Below are positions 1 to 11,328 of a DNA stretch of 64,000 bases, piece after piece. Both the position numbers and the translations under genes were made by a program. Every line of letters begins with the position of its first letter. Within the stretch, counting starts at the first letter, position 1. Source of the stretch: Leptogorgia sarmentosa (lineage: Eukaryota); contig OZ210885.1 of assembly GCA_964658305.1 (NCBI GenBank), forward strand, positions 11,718,001 to 11,782,000, given 5' to 3'. The notes below the pieces were generated by a model. It was given only the letters and a program-made list of their open reading frames with translations, was not told where the DNA came from and did not search any database.

Positions 1-774
1 CGGGTTGTCTCGACCTGAAACAGAACGTTGAGGCGTCACGCCTTGCGAAGGTTGCAATTTTAATTCCTCATAGGTTCAGCTTGCATGCCAAAAAGAAAAA
101 AATATGATGTATGAATTCCTCGCTGGAATAAAATTGGGCTTCAAAATATGAAATCGATGAAATATTCTACACGTAATGGGTAGGAAATCAACACAAATAA
201 TTTAGCTAGTTTGAGAGTTGTATGAGCAATTTGCACATAAACGTCTACCTAATTACGAAGCGAGTTTTGAAATTATGAGATGCATATGGTATGAATATAC
301 CTGAATGTTGAATGTTAACTTTGATTTTTTTGCTCAAGTTCCACACTTAATTGTCCAAGTTGTTCAACTTAAGAGCTGTTGTCATGCATTCAACATTTTA
401 GGATAATCCAAACTGACCAGACACCCTGAGCAGGTTGTTTCTTGGAGCAAGAGGAGAAATTGCGCGAGAAAAGGTCATCAAGAGCGGTTTTGGCGTTACA
501 ATTCCAAAATCTCCTGTCCTCAAGAATGGAAAGACAATGCAAAATATCACTGCAAAATTTCTGCATGATTCTACAGCTGGGAATATTGCGCGCTCGAATG
601 AACTTTTATGTTTGTTGTTAATTTTAAATATAGATTTTAAAATACTCTAATAAATTGACCCGCCATATAGATGTGTGTATTGTGTATTACAACAATAAAA
701 TTGGAGTACTACAAGTGAAGTTCGATGTATCATTACTCATGCAGGTTCCTGCCGAAATTACTTCAATTCAAATT

Positions 775-1048
775 GTAGTAAAATATTGCCCCGTTGTGTA
801 CCAGGAGTAAAAATTACCCATCTTTGGTAGAAGTGTAAAATTTACCCCATTTGGTAAGAGAGTAAAAATGACCCCATTTTTATGCGGGTGAAAATTACCC
901 CATTTCATTTGGGGGTAAAAATTACCCTTTTTATAGGGGGGTAAAAATTACTCTTTGCGCAAAATTACTCTCAAAACCCGGGGCATTCATTGGACATGAA
1001 ATTTACCCCACTTTTTAGAGTAATTTTTACTCCCCCAGTTTTACAGTG
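775..1048. mobile_element. Right end of a CACTG/EnSpm(CMC)-like non-autonomous DNA transposon with subterminal repeats
   Basis: About 8 copies of a GTAAAAATTACCC-like motif in both orientations, ending in TTTTACAGTG (reverse complement CACTGTAAAA). Matching left end not found in the window. Confidence 0.5.
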
Positions 1049-3012
1049 TGTAATTGCTGTTCTTTAAATTCGATCTACTCACTCGCTCACACAAACTTAA
1101 GTGTTCTTTCTCGTATGAGTCGCATCTAGTACGAAGTTCATCCCGATCCATAAATAATAGTGAAATTTGTAAAGAAAAAATTCCTGAAAAAAGAAAGAAA
1201 ACAAAACAAACAATCCAGTAGTAGGAAGAGTTTCAACACGAACATACTTGACTCAAGAGCGCAGTTCTCTTCCCTTAGTTGTTCCACCTCTTCCCTTAAT
1301 TGTTCCGCCTCTAGTCGAAGCCTGAAACATTCATCAGGATCTCTGTAAAAATAATTGCCTGTCAGGGACTGTAGTATCTTCATATCTCTGATTTTATGAG
1401 TAATACAAGCAAGGATTTCAAACGCTTCTTGAAAACTTTCCAGTAGTTACTGCATACCGCGTAAACACATTGTTTATTGGATAACATAGAACCATAGAAC
1501 TTAATTATACTATAGTCTTAAAATGTAATGCAATGTTAATGCAACAATGGGGGGGGGGGGGGGGGCTCAACTTGCTTTGCCCTGCATCGCACTTGTGCTT
1601 TACTGCAGTGTATAGTCCACTTCAAGAAAAATATTTATAAATTTTTAAAGCAGTTTACGAACCCATGTTGGTTATTATGAGTTCTTAACCGTTTATTTAA
1701 GAACTCGCACTTTTAGTTCTTCATTTTCCGCTTCGAGAATAGAGTTGTTCTCTCTCAACAATGATAACTGCATTGTAAGAATTAAAACAAATTTATATGT
1801 ATACCTACAAGTCATCACTTTTCTTTATTGATTGTTGTAAACTGATGCTGACAAAACCTGGTTTAGTCATTTACTCAGCGTTACACAATGTAAAATGTGC
1901 CACTAAAAAAAATTAATGATCGACCATAACAGTACATATGCTCATACTTGTCCATCTTATTCATGACATCTTTGCGAGATGTCTTCATTTTCTTGAATTG
2001 ATAAATTCAATCGATGCTGAAAAAATACACATAATTACACGGTTGAATTGTACTGTATCTCCTAATATTTTTTTCTATTTAGTCCATTTTTTACTACACA
2101 TACACAGTTACAGTTGCAGTGTGTTTAAAAACAATCCTGTATCTCTAGATCTTAAAATGCATCATAATAAATATCAACAGGACTTGAAACATCCCCATTT
2201 TGTAACTACACCAACAAAAAAGTGTTCACATTAATTTTTCTGTTCATTTTTCAATACGTAATGAAGACGCTGCACAATATACCTCTTGAATGGCATGCAT
2301 GATCTTGCACGTCATCTGCCAGTTTCATGATTTTTGTTATGAATTCTAATAGAAAATATCTACCATTAATAAATTGTTTAATATCTATAGTGGCATTGCA
2401 CTTGCACATGATCTACACCTTTTCCAGGTCATTTTCAGTGATTTCTAAACGAATTTCAGAAAACGCAGGTCAATTTCAGACATTTACAAGTGAGGTTCAG
2501 TTAATACAAGTCTGCAGATGTGTTCCACCAATAAGAACCTGACAGATAAGGAGACTGACTGTTTTCATGTGGTCTTATGCTATTCGAGCTGTGTTTGATA
2601 AACAGAGGAAACAACAAACGTTTTAAATCGATCACCTGTTCATTATTCAATGCGTGTTTTTATTCAATGACACGCGCCAGGTGAAATATCTTTTCTAAAA
2701 TTAACAACTCATACATATTATTAAATCGAAGAGTTTGCAGTTGTGAATAAAAATCGAGAAAGAGTTGTTCGCATAAGCAAAATGTTACATTCCATTTCCA
2801 AAGAACATCACATTAATATTTATAATATTTTCTTGTTATTTAAACAATCTCAAAATGTTTGTTGATTAAAACGAAATTATTCAAGCACTGTTGGGAAAAA
2901 CACCCTCAATAACGATGTGACAGATATGTTTTATTCTTGACTGATATGCACTGTATAATACTGGATGCTAATCGACGAGCAGATGTAAGTCACGTTCGTT
3001 GAGACAGTATAC

Positions 3013-3312
3013 ATTGTCCCTAAGCCACGGCGCGAAGCGCCGACCGGGCGTCAGCCCGGGGCGAGGGTAATAATTCCGCACGCTATTTGCACCCGGGTAT
3101 AGAGCTGCATAGCGGAGTCCAAAGTTTCTCGATTTGGCCGCCATCTTGGGTCATGGTGCATCGTAGGTCATCACTGATCTCTAAAATTAGTGGAATATCG
3201 TGAAGAGCCGAAGCTTTTTAAAGCTTTCATGCCTTCAAGAGCTTCTTAAAGGTTTGGAAAGGGGAAAACAAAGATAACATCTGCGCGTAAGATATAAAAC
3301 GCTGAGAAATGG
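3013..3312 (+). mobile_element. Y-hairpin element, copy 1 (cut by the LINE at ~3312)
   Basis: Alignable by eye to 18724-19010 (gccacggcgc..gcccggggcgagggtaataattccgc; gagtccaaagtt..gatctctaa; gctgagaaatgg). Confidence 0.7.
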
Positions 3313-5301
3313 TAGGTAGGTAAAAACTTTATTTAATCACGCTAACCCCTACAGCAGAGAGCTGATTTCCAAGGGGGGGCGTGCATATTCATAAAAAAAA
3401 AATCAAAGAAGAAATTAGTTATTTACATCACGGACACACTACATAAAGTACACTACACACATTTAAAAAAAGAATACAGTATATACATGATTACCGGCCA
3501 GGCATTATGAAATTGGTTTTAAAGGACTGGAGAGAATCCTTAGTCCTTAACTCTTCTGAGAGGCTATTCCACAATTTTACACCTCTGAAACTCAGACTTT
3601 TTTTAAGAAAGTCAGAGCGAGGATGAGGCAGAAAGAGCTTAGTGGAAGAGCCTCGTAAATTGTAATATTGGGAGGAAGGCGTCTGTAGAAAGATATCAGC
3701 TAGATTATTCATAATTTTATACATTGAACTTGCTACGAACTTGGTTCTGCGTTCGCTCAGTTGGCTTCCATCAAAGTTCATTCAGAGCAAGTTCAGACTG
3801 ACCGTGCACGTTTTTACGGCCTGTAATAACTCTAGCAGCCCTGTTTTGTAATTTTTGCAAGCGGTCAGAAAGCCCGATGCCAATAGTGTCCCAAACTTCA
3901 CAACAATAATCGAAATGAGGTGCCACAAGTGCATTATAAGCACCTATTACGGCACCACGATCGATACAGGACTTGAGCTTTCTGATCGCTGCAATTCCGG
4001 ATGAAACTTTTTTAGCAATTGTATCAACATGTTTTTCCCAAGATAGAAACTCATCAATATGGACTCCCAGTGCCTTTGTTACTCTCACTCTATTAATTGG
4101 TGTATCTCCAACATAAACATTGGGAGCAGTAAGTAAGTTATTGATATTGTACCGTGATCCAATTAGTAAGTATTCAGTTTTGACCAGATTTAGGGACAGT
4201 TTGTTTGAACAAAGCCAACTCTTGACATTTGCAAGATCGTGGTTAATTGCCTCCTCTACTTCCTGTATTGATTTACCAGATACAGTTAACGTGGTATCGT
4301 CGGCAAACATTCTTGGCGACAAGTATTCCAGACTGCGGGGTAAATCGTTTATATAGATTAGAAATAGAAGAAGCCCAGGGATAGAACCTTGAGGAATTCC
4401 ACACGAAATTGACTTTGGGCCGGATAGCGTTCCATTAACAGAGCACAGCTGAGTTCTATTCTCAAGGTACGAACTTAACAGGTTCATCGAAGGTTCTTTC
4501 AAGCCATAAAGCCTAAGCTTTTCTAGCATTATGTCATGATTAATGGTATCGAATGCCTTCGTCAAATCGAGAAAAACTGCAATATTAAACATACCGCGGT
4601 CCATGTTGATGAACCATTCGTTAGTACTATCCAAAAGGGCAGAAGCTGTTGAATGAAACTGTCTAAATCCAAACTGATGAGGAGATAATAAGTTATTGGA
4701 AACAAAGTGGTCATATAGTTGTTCATATAGTACCTTTTCGAAAATTTTACTTATAGCGGGCAAAATAGAGATTGGGCGATAATTATTTAATAAATTTTTT
4801 GGACCTTTTTTGTGTAAAGGAATAACCCTAGCTGACTTCCATTCAGATGGAACAGCTTCCAAAAGAATTGCCCTATTAAAAATTTCGGTTATCGACTTTA
4901 CAATTACAGGAGATGCAATTCGCATGATTTTGGCAGGGATTTTATCAATTCCAGTAGATTTACAGGGATTTATCGAAATCAGTAACTTATGAACTTTCGA
5001 TACCGAAATAGTTTGAAAATTAAATTTACTTGATATATTCATAATGTTGTCTCGGAAATTTCCATCGCCACTATCAATACTGTTGGCGATCTCAGGGCCA
5101 ATATTGGTGAAATAATTGTTGAAACATTCAGCCAATTCATTAGGGTTGGAAATTTGGTGGGTTTCGTAATTTATGCAGTTAATATCGCTGCTCTTTTTTT
5201 CACGGTTTAGCATTTTATTAACAATTTTCCAAGCTTTTTTAGGATCATCTTTGACATTTGCAAATTGCCTTTTATAGTAATTTGTTTTCGCTTTTGATAG
5301 T
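3311..5301 (-). mobile_element. CR1/L2-clade LINE retrotransposon, 5'-truncated, 3' end retained
   Basis: RT ORF plus 3' UTR ending on the minus strand in AATAAA-gttttTACCTACCTACC, a short tandem-repeat tail. Confidence 0.9.
3491..5301 (-). pseudogene. LINE ORF2 reverse transcriptase remnant
   Basis: Motifs NYRPISIL, QFGFR, FLDLTKAFDTINH, GIPQGS, FADDT, LGVHID, LQKLQNRAAR. Stop plus 1-bp insertion near 3765-3773 (LNEL*WKP/LSERR), C-terminus in ORF 3491-3781. No endonuclease domain. Confidence 0.9.
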
Positions 5302-5912
5302 AGGGACCTTAAGATGTAAAACGCCACAATCTCGACGACGCGGGGTCTAAATTTCAGCTTGAAAATGAGTGCTGACCTTTTTATGCTTTAAATAGATGTT
5401 AGAATTTTTTCAAGAAACAGCTACACAGGTTCAGCTAAAGCAATGCGATCGTTGCTGTGTTGTCAACTTGAATTTACAGCTCTCACGTTGTAAGCAGCCT
5501 TCACGTTGCTTTGAAGACGTTATAATGCTTGGCTTAACGTTGCGTTGATAACAACAAAGTCGTTGATACCACAATTTATGCTTGGTTTTTGTTCAACATA
5601 AAAATTTGTTTGTTTGGAAAGCTCGTCGTCGAGTTGGTCACGTTGTAGATCTTAAAGGTGCCCTCCACTCATAATGTAAACAAATGCTTTGTTGACATTT
5701 TGAACAGCTATATTTGTAAAATATGATAATACTAACAGCATATCTAACGCTGTTTTGGTTTGCTATGGTCATAAATGGATATAAACCAGAGTTTTGATTC
5801 AAAAAAAGTTCGGAACATTACAAAATTTTTGCAATGTTATATCTGCGGGTCCCGATTTGTTATGAGCAGAACCGATGCGCAGAACGGAGTGGACATCACC
5901 TTTAAGGTCCCT
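5302..5912. mobile_element. MITE with AGGGACCTTAAGAT terminal inverted repeats, right TIR split by a nested insertion
   Basis: Left agggaccttaagatgtaaaacg. The right end reconstitutes as cgttgtagatcttaaggtccct after removing 5656-5905. Flanks agt/aat. Confidence 0.7.
5656..5901. mobile_element. Kolobok-like MITE (TTAA TSD, AGG..CCT termini)
   Basis: TTAA at 5652-5655 and 5902-5905. TIRs aggtgccctccactc / gagtggacatcacct (12 of 15 match). Confidence 0.75.
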
Positions 5913-7368
5913 AATCCTCTCCTACAAAATTGCTATGACACCATTTTTGAACATAGGCACAATGCAGTTGTCTTTCTATTAGAAATGACAGAAATGCATG
6001 ATGATAGTTACAGTTTGATAAAATAAAAAAAAGCTATATTGGTGCAGTGTAAAATAAACCACTGTATACACACGTCATATTTCGCGCAAATAAGTAAGTA
6101 TTAATAATATCACGCCATCCAAATATTATTTCGTTACACGGATAATTAGACCTGTAGCCCACTGCCCCGGTTTTTGAGAAAAGTTTCAGTTTTGGAAGCA
6201 GACAAATTGAATTATAGCGTATATATTATCATTAGATTTTAAACATATTCATACATGCCTTTTTAGCTAAACAAAAGCTTTGATCTTGGTTATTCAATTG
6301 AAATGAGAATATAGTTAATATGCAGTTGATATGGGTGAGGGAACAAAGGTTTACACTCAAAGTAATTAATAATTCATTACAAAATTAGCCAATCATGTAC
6401 GGCAGTCGTCGTCATATGATGATATTTGAAATTTGGATTAGATACTTGAAGAGACATGTTCATCCAGATTTACGCTGGGATAAAAATTAATTCAGTCATT
6501 TCTTGAACAGGATCAATGTTTACTGGGTAAAAAATAAAAAAAATCTCACAAATGGCTGGAGGGAATGCTTTTGTCTGCAACATATTAATCAAACTATAAA
6601 AACTAATTCGGACAGGGTGCTCTACCACCAACATCAGCCGCTAAATTTTATCTAAACAGTAGTAAATATATTATAAATTTCAGTAAACTGTTCGGCATTG
6701 GAAAACAGCCATAAGTGTGGCTGCTCTACAATTAAACCCATGTTGTATAGTATGTTCTCGTGAAATTTACGATATAATAAACGAATATATAATTTGTTAC
6801 ATCAAAACAGCAATAGATTACGTGTATAGGTTACTTGACCGTTACTCTACCACTTTAGTTATTGAGCCAACGGGGACCAGTAGCGAATCTTACCCAAGCG
6901 TTCAAGACGTCACAAAAATATTTCGCACACTTATATTATAGTAGAATTCGCAATCAACCCCAGTTGACTCGATACCTATATCTGTGGACATGCACAACAA
7001 AGATGATGGCATACTTTTATGAAATCCCAAGAATTAACGAATAAAAACACACGCCTGTGAAAAACGCCACAGTAAATTCTGTTACAGTTTAATTGCTGTT
7101 ATTTTGTTTTTAGTATTAACAATCGTTTCGGTGTTTGTCTATCACTTACATTGCTGTTTAAGTTGCTGTAGCTACGTAATAGTAAAAATGAAAGTAAGCG
7201 GTATAAACAGAGTGTAGCTGATGGGTTAGTTAATGTTATAGTTACTTGTCTCAATCATTTATTTTATCGCCGCAGTGTTTTGAACAATACTTCCAGTGTA
7301 GTAACGATTATGAGTGAAAATGATCTATTACACCCTTTTATTTACGTGCTATCTTATTTTATAAATAG

Positions 7369-7584
7369 GTAGAGAAGTTCAACAACTACAGGGACATTCT
7401 AAGGAAGTTTGCTGTTTGGCTGTGTCACAAAGTGGAACAATACTAGCGTCAGGATCGTTGGACGGTACAATCCTTTGGAGAATGGACAGTTATAAACAGC
7501 TTTTTGTGTTCCAAGGGGAGAGTTACGTTAATGCTCTGGATTTCAGTGCAGATGATCAGCGAGTGTTTATTGGAACATACGATG
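7369..7584 (+). CDS. WD40-repeat protein, first detected exon (phase 1-1)
   Basis: ataaatag|gt..g|gtaagc. Encodes GREVQQLQGHSKEVCCLAVSQSGTILASGSLDGTILW. Confidence 0.9.
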
Positions 7585-8233
7585 GTAAGCATCTTAAACA
7601 CAAATCAAACAAGGATATCAAAATGTTGTTCAGAATAGGTAAACGAAAATTTGCATAAACGTTTTCTCGACTTCCGCTCTGCTTAAAAGTTAGTATTAAA
7701 GTGCGCGAGTTTCGATAAGAAATAAGATTTTGCTGACGTGTACGGATTTAACGGTTCTGAAGGAACGCCAGCAACGATGCCATTGGAGAAAAAATTAAAT
7801 CCTTTTCATATTATGTTTGTCAAATAACTCCGCAAATGATCATACTTTCGGAAATATGTTACCCCGCCGGTACCAAATTGAATATTGGAATACTTTTATT
7901 AAATTAAAATAATTATTTTTTCTTCAAATAAACATACCTGAAAGTACGTTCACAAAATGTTTGTTTTACGTTGCAAATTCAATGGCGTAAATCTCCAGTG
8001 ACGGCCCTCGATTGAACTGTTGTGGATGGCCTCTTAATTCTCCCGAATTCTGCTTATTATTTGCATTTGAATTCTGCTATTTGTTATAGAACCTACTATA
8101 GCTGTTTAACATCTCTACTGCATCAATTATACCCATGTGTTAAACGTTCCGTAATAAGAAGCACACTAAAATAAGTTCCTATAAAGCAAAAACAATGACA
8201 ACAGTAAAAGTTCGATTGTAAACGACAATTATT

Positions 8234-8682
8234 ATTATACACCAATTGTCAAAGTTTCCCTTTTCTTGTGTTTCATTGGTGGAGAGCGTATCATGTGAGA
8301 GTGACGAAATTAGACTGTCTCCCTCGCATCAGCAAGAGAGGGAGATAATACGTTATTCACCGGTGAACAACAACAAAAAAACACGTGCGCCATCACGTGA
8401 AGACGCGACCTTTGGACGACCTGCTAATGCTTTAATTTAATTTAACATTTTAAGAATAAAAAATTTCGTGCATTTTTGTTCGCTTGTTCCGCTTTATTTT
8501 GTCGTTTCTTTGACGATTGGTATATAATAAAGCACTTATTGACTGGGCCCTCGGGAAACCAGTGTGTTTTGTGGACCCTCGACCATCGATGTTTCCCTCG
8601 GCTTCGCCTCGGGAAACATCGACGGTCTCGGGTCCACAAAACACACTGTTTCCCTTGGGCCCAGTCAATAAGTGTTTAATAT
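8234..8682 (-). mobile_element. GA-hairpin element A (putative non-autonomous Crypton-like)
   Basis: IR 8234-8254 / 8508-8528, ATTGG near the end, hairpin ~8527-8680 with apex ggc-ttc-gcc at 8603-8605. Confidence 0.7.
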
Positions 8683-9698
8683 ACTGCCCCAACTTAAAAG
8701 GCAACAAATTTGTTTCAGCTACTGAATGATATCAAACATTTTGTTAACTTCGAACGTTTTAGCATCTTCAGTTTCAATAAAAATTATTTGAATTTAACGT
8801 TAGCCACGGCCCTGAAGAAACCTCTTCCCAGGGCCCCCGGCCAGGTTGGGCCCCTTGTAGTTACCCCCCCCCCCCCCTTGTTACCCCGCAGATTAGCTAC
8901 ATCGCTGCTTACTAACAAATTTGGCTTCACATTTTAATACAAGAACGTTTATGAAGCAGATTGATGCATATCGTTTCAATTCATGGGTTTCACGTAACGT
9001 TCCATATTTGAGTGGGAGTCAACTCTAAATAGCGACGCAGTCATCACAGTGAGTTAAATATTCACTGTATGTATTCAACTTGTGCTTCGTAGCGAATATG
9101 TGAAATTCAGAAGCATTTCCTCAGTTTCGTGCAGCATAATCGTTAATACATTTTAGATTGACTCCCACTCAATTTCTTACGAAAAGTACTCTTTCTCTCC
9201 AACACCATATTAATTTAGGTCGAATTCGTCCTATGACTATAATTGGCTGCCGTATCTCTGGTTTTACGCACCCAACAACGACAAAAATTGTTATTATATG
9301 TGCAAATAACACGAAATATGCAAAATAAAAAGAACATAACACAGGTTTCATGACTATGTGGCTTCAAGGAGAAATAAGGACATATGGAATTCAACATATT
9401 GAACTCTGTTTTTCTCACTGATAGATGCTAATATGCCTTACGTTTCCGACGATCAATCTTTATTTTTTGTGTGTGTTGTGTTTTAACTACCATGTAACCC
9501 ACCGTTCGAAAGATCAGTTTATTATGATTTCAATGGTGTTTGTCTTTATTTCGTGCGGTATATACTCAGTGAAAAAAAGATTTATAAAAATTTGTATTTC
9601 AACTTTCGGAAACGTGTTGGAGAGAAAGAGAGCTCGTTTGTAATCCGTCGTACGTTTCAACCATTTTATCTAACTCGTACCTGTAACCTGTTGTACTG

Positions 9699-9941
9699 GG
9701 GCCGGTTGTACGAAAGGCGTTTAGCTTAAACGGTGGATAAGTTAAAAATATCGAACAAGTTAATAAATAAACTATAGACTATCAGGAAACTAAACTTTTC
9801 TGTCTTAACATGACCAGTATGCTTAGAACTACATATTTAGTTGATAAAATTCAGGTTCAATTATTTACAAAACGAATAGGAGTGTTTTTTAAATTTTGCT
9901 TATCCACCGTTTAAGCTAAACGCCTTTGATACAACCGGCCC
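9699..9941. mobile_element. PIF/Harbinger-group MITE (CWG TSD)
   Basis: CTG TSD at 9696-9698 and 9942-9944. ~43-bp TIR gggccggttgtacgaaaggcgtttagcttaaacggtggataag. Confidence 0.85.
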
Positions 9942-10586
9942 CTGTACAACAGGATACAACTTGTATATAATCGACTACATTTGAAAACAAAGTATATTTT
10001 CATTATTTTGAAGCGAAGCCCACTGGCATACATGGCCCTTGCTTCACGGTTCTAACTTTCACGATCTGTAACCAAGTTTTACCAACAGTACCACTGGTAT
10101 GGATGCCCTGTACAAAGCATACAATATTTGACCACAATGTGGCTATGGTGGAGGGTTGGTTTATGAAATTTACAAACGGCATCGTGTCGTGTGATTGGAC
10201 AATGTTCACTAATTCTTTTTGTGCTTGATGCCAGGAACAGCAGTTTTACAACGTAGCTGTAGTAAAATGATTTCCGGGGAAAACCAGTTACGTCTGTTTG
10301 AGTGGCACCTCTCAACCTTCGCCAAACTGAGTACAAATTATTCATATTCAAACAATAATTGCAACAGCTGGTTTGAGGATTCCAGCGACTGCGTATCTTC
10401 AAACCAACGGTTAACTGTAAACGTCGTGTAGAGCGCAGTGAAACGCAGTGTAAAAACATAAGTCAGCAACAGCCAGAGCATGTTCAGCGCCGGAGAGGGA
10501 CACAATTAAAAACAAGATTTCAAAAAATCGTCTAGGGTTAGACATCATTGAACATCAGTCTGACGAGTATCCATCATGCGTTGTAG

Positions 10587-10796
10587 GGCTGAAAGTGTAT
10601 TGTGTATCTACCGGAGAAAACCTCTCAACAAGTATTCCTGAGGGAGTCATGTCGCTGTGTACGACCAAAGATGGACAGTTCATTGCTACTGTTGGATATC
10701 TTGACAAGAATATCAAGTTGTGGAAAGCCGATACACTAAATTTCGAGGCCAGTTTGGTTGGCCATACAGATTGTGTGAGCTGTGTTGTCGCAACAG
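10587..10796 (+). CDS. WD40-repeat protein exon (phase 1-1)
   Basis: ttgtag|gg..acag|gtatgc. Encodes ATVGYLDKNIKLWKADT..LVGHTDCVSCV. Confidence 0.9.
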
Positions 10797-10818
10797 GTAT
10801 GCAATACTGTATGAGTTA

Positions 10819-11328
10819 TTATAATATAAGTAGGGTAAAATCTGCAACGTGATTGGCTAATGAGCGTGCATTATAACAGCGTAATGCACGCATCTAGCTA
10901 TTAAATTTCTCCCGCGACTCTTTGGTTTGACAAAAAGACAATAAAAATACATATATACTAAAAATACATCCATAAAAAACGCTTGAATTGTTTGCTTTCG
11001 CTCAGCTAAAGGAATAAAGCTGTGTTGCTGCTTGGCAACATTTGAGAACACGCTTGATTACATGTAAAGAGAATTGTAATTTTGATCTTCCTAACGAAGT
11101 TATTTGTTGCGCTAATATTCTCTTATATTATAAAAGAAATAGAAAAACTCGTCGCGTGCCATTATGCTGTTATAATTGCACTCGGGCAATGTTGTGAGAA
11201 TACTCGAGAATCGCGTAAAACACTCGGCTACGCCTCGTGTTTTACGCGATTCTCTCGTATTCTCCCAACATTTCCCTCGTGCATTATAACAGCATAATGG
11301 CACGCGACTCGTTATCTATTTCTTAAAT
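10819..11328 (-). mobile_element. GA-hairpin element B
   Basis: IR ttataatataag 10819-10830 / cttatattataa 11122-11133, gattggcta box, hairpin 11134-11324 with apex ggc-tac-gcc at 11229-11231. Confidence 0.7.

Noticed and set aside
435..650. Upstream exon of the WD40 gene
   Set aside because: No WD40 or NTPase motif, and no convincing in-phase splice sites.
8442..8729. Overlapping ORFs on both strands (also 11082-11303, 21324-21551)
   Set aside because: By-products of palindromic DNA.
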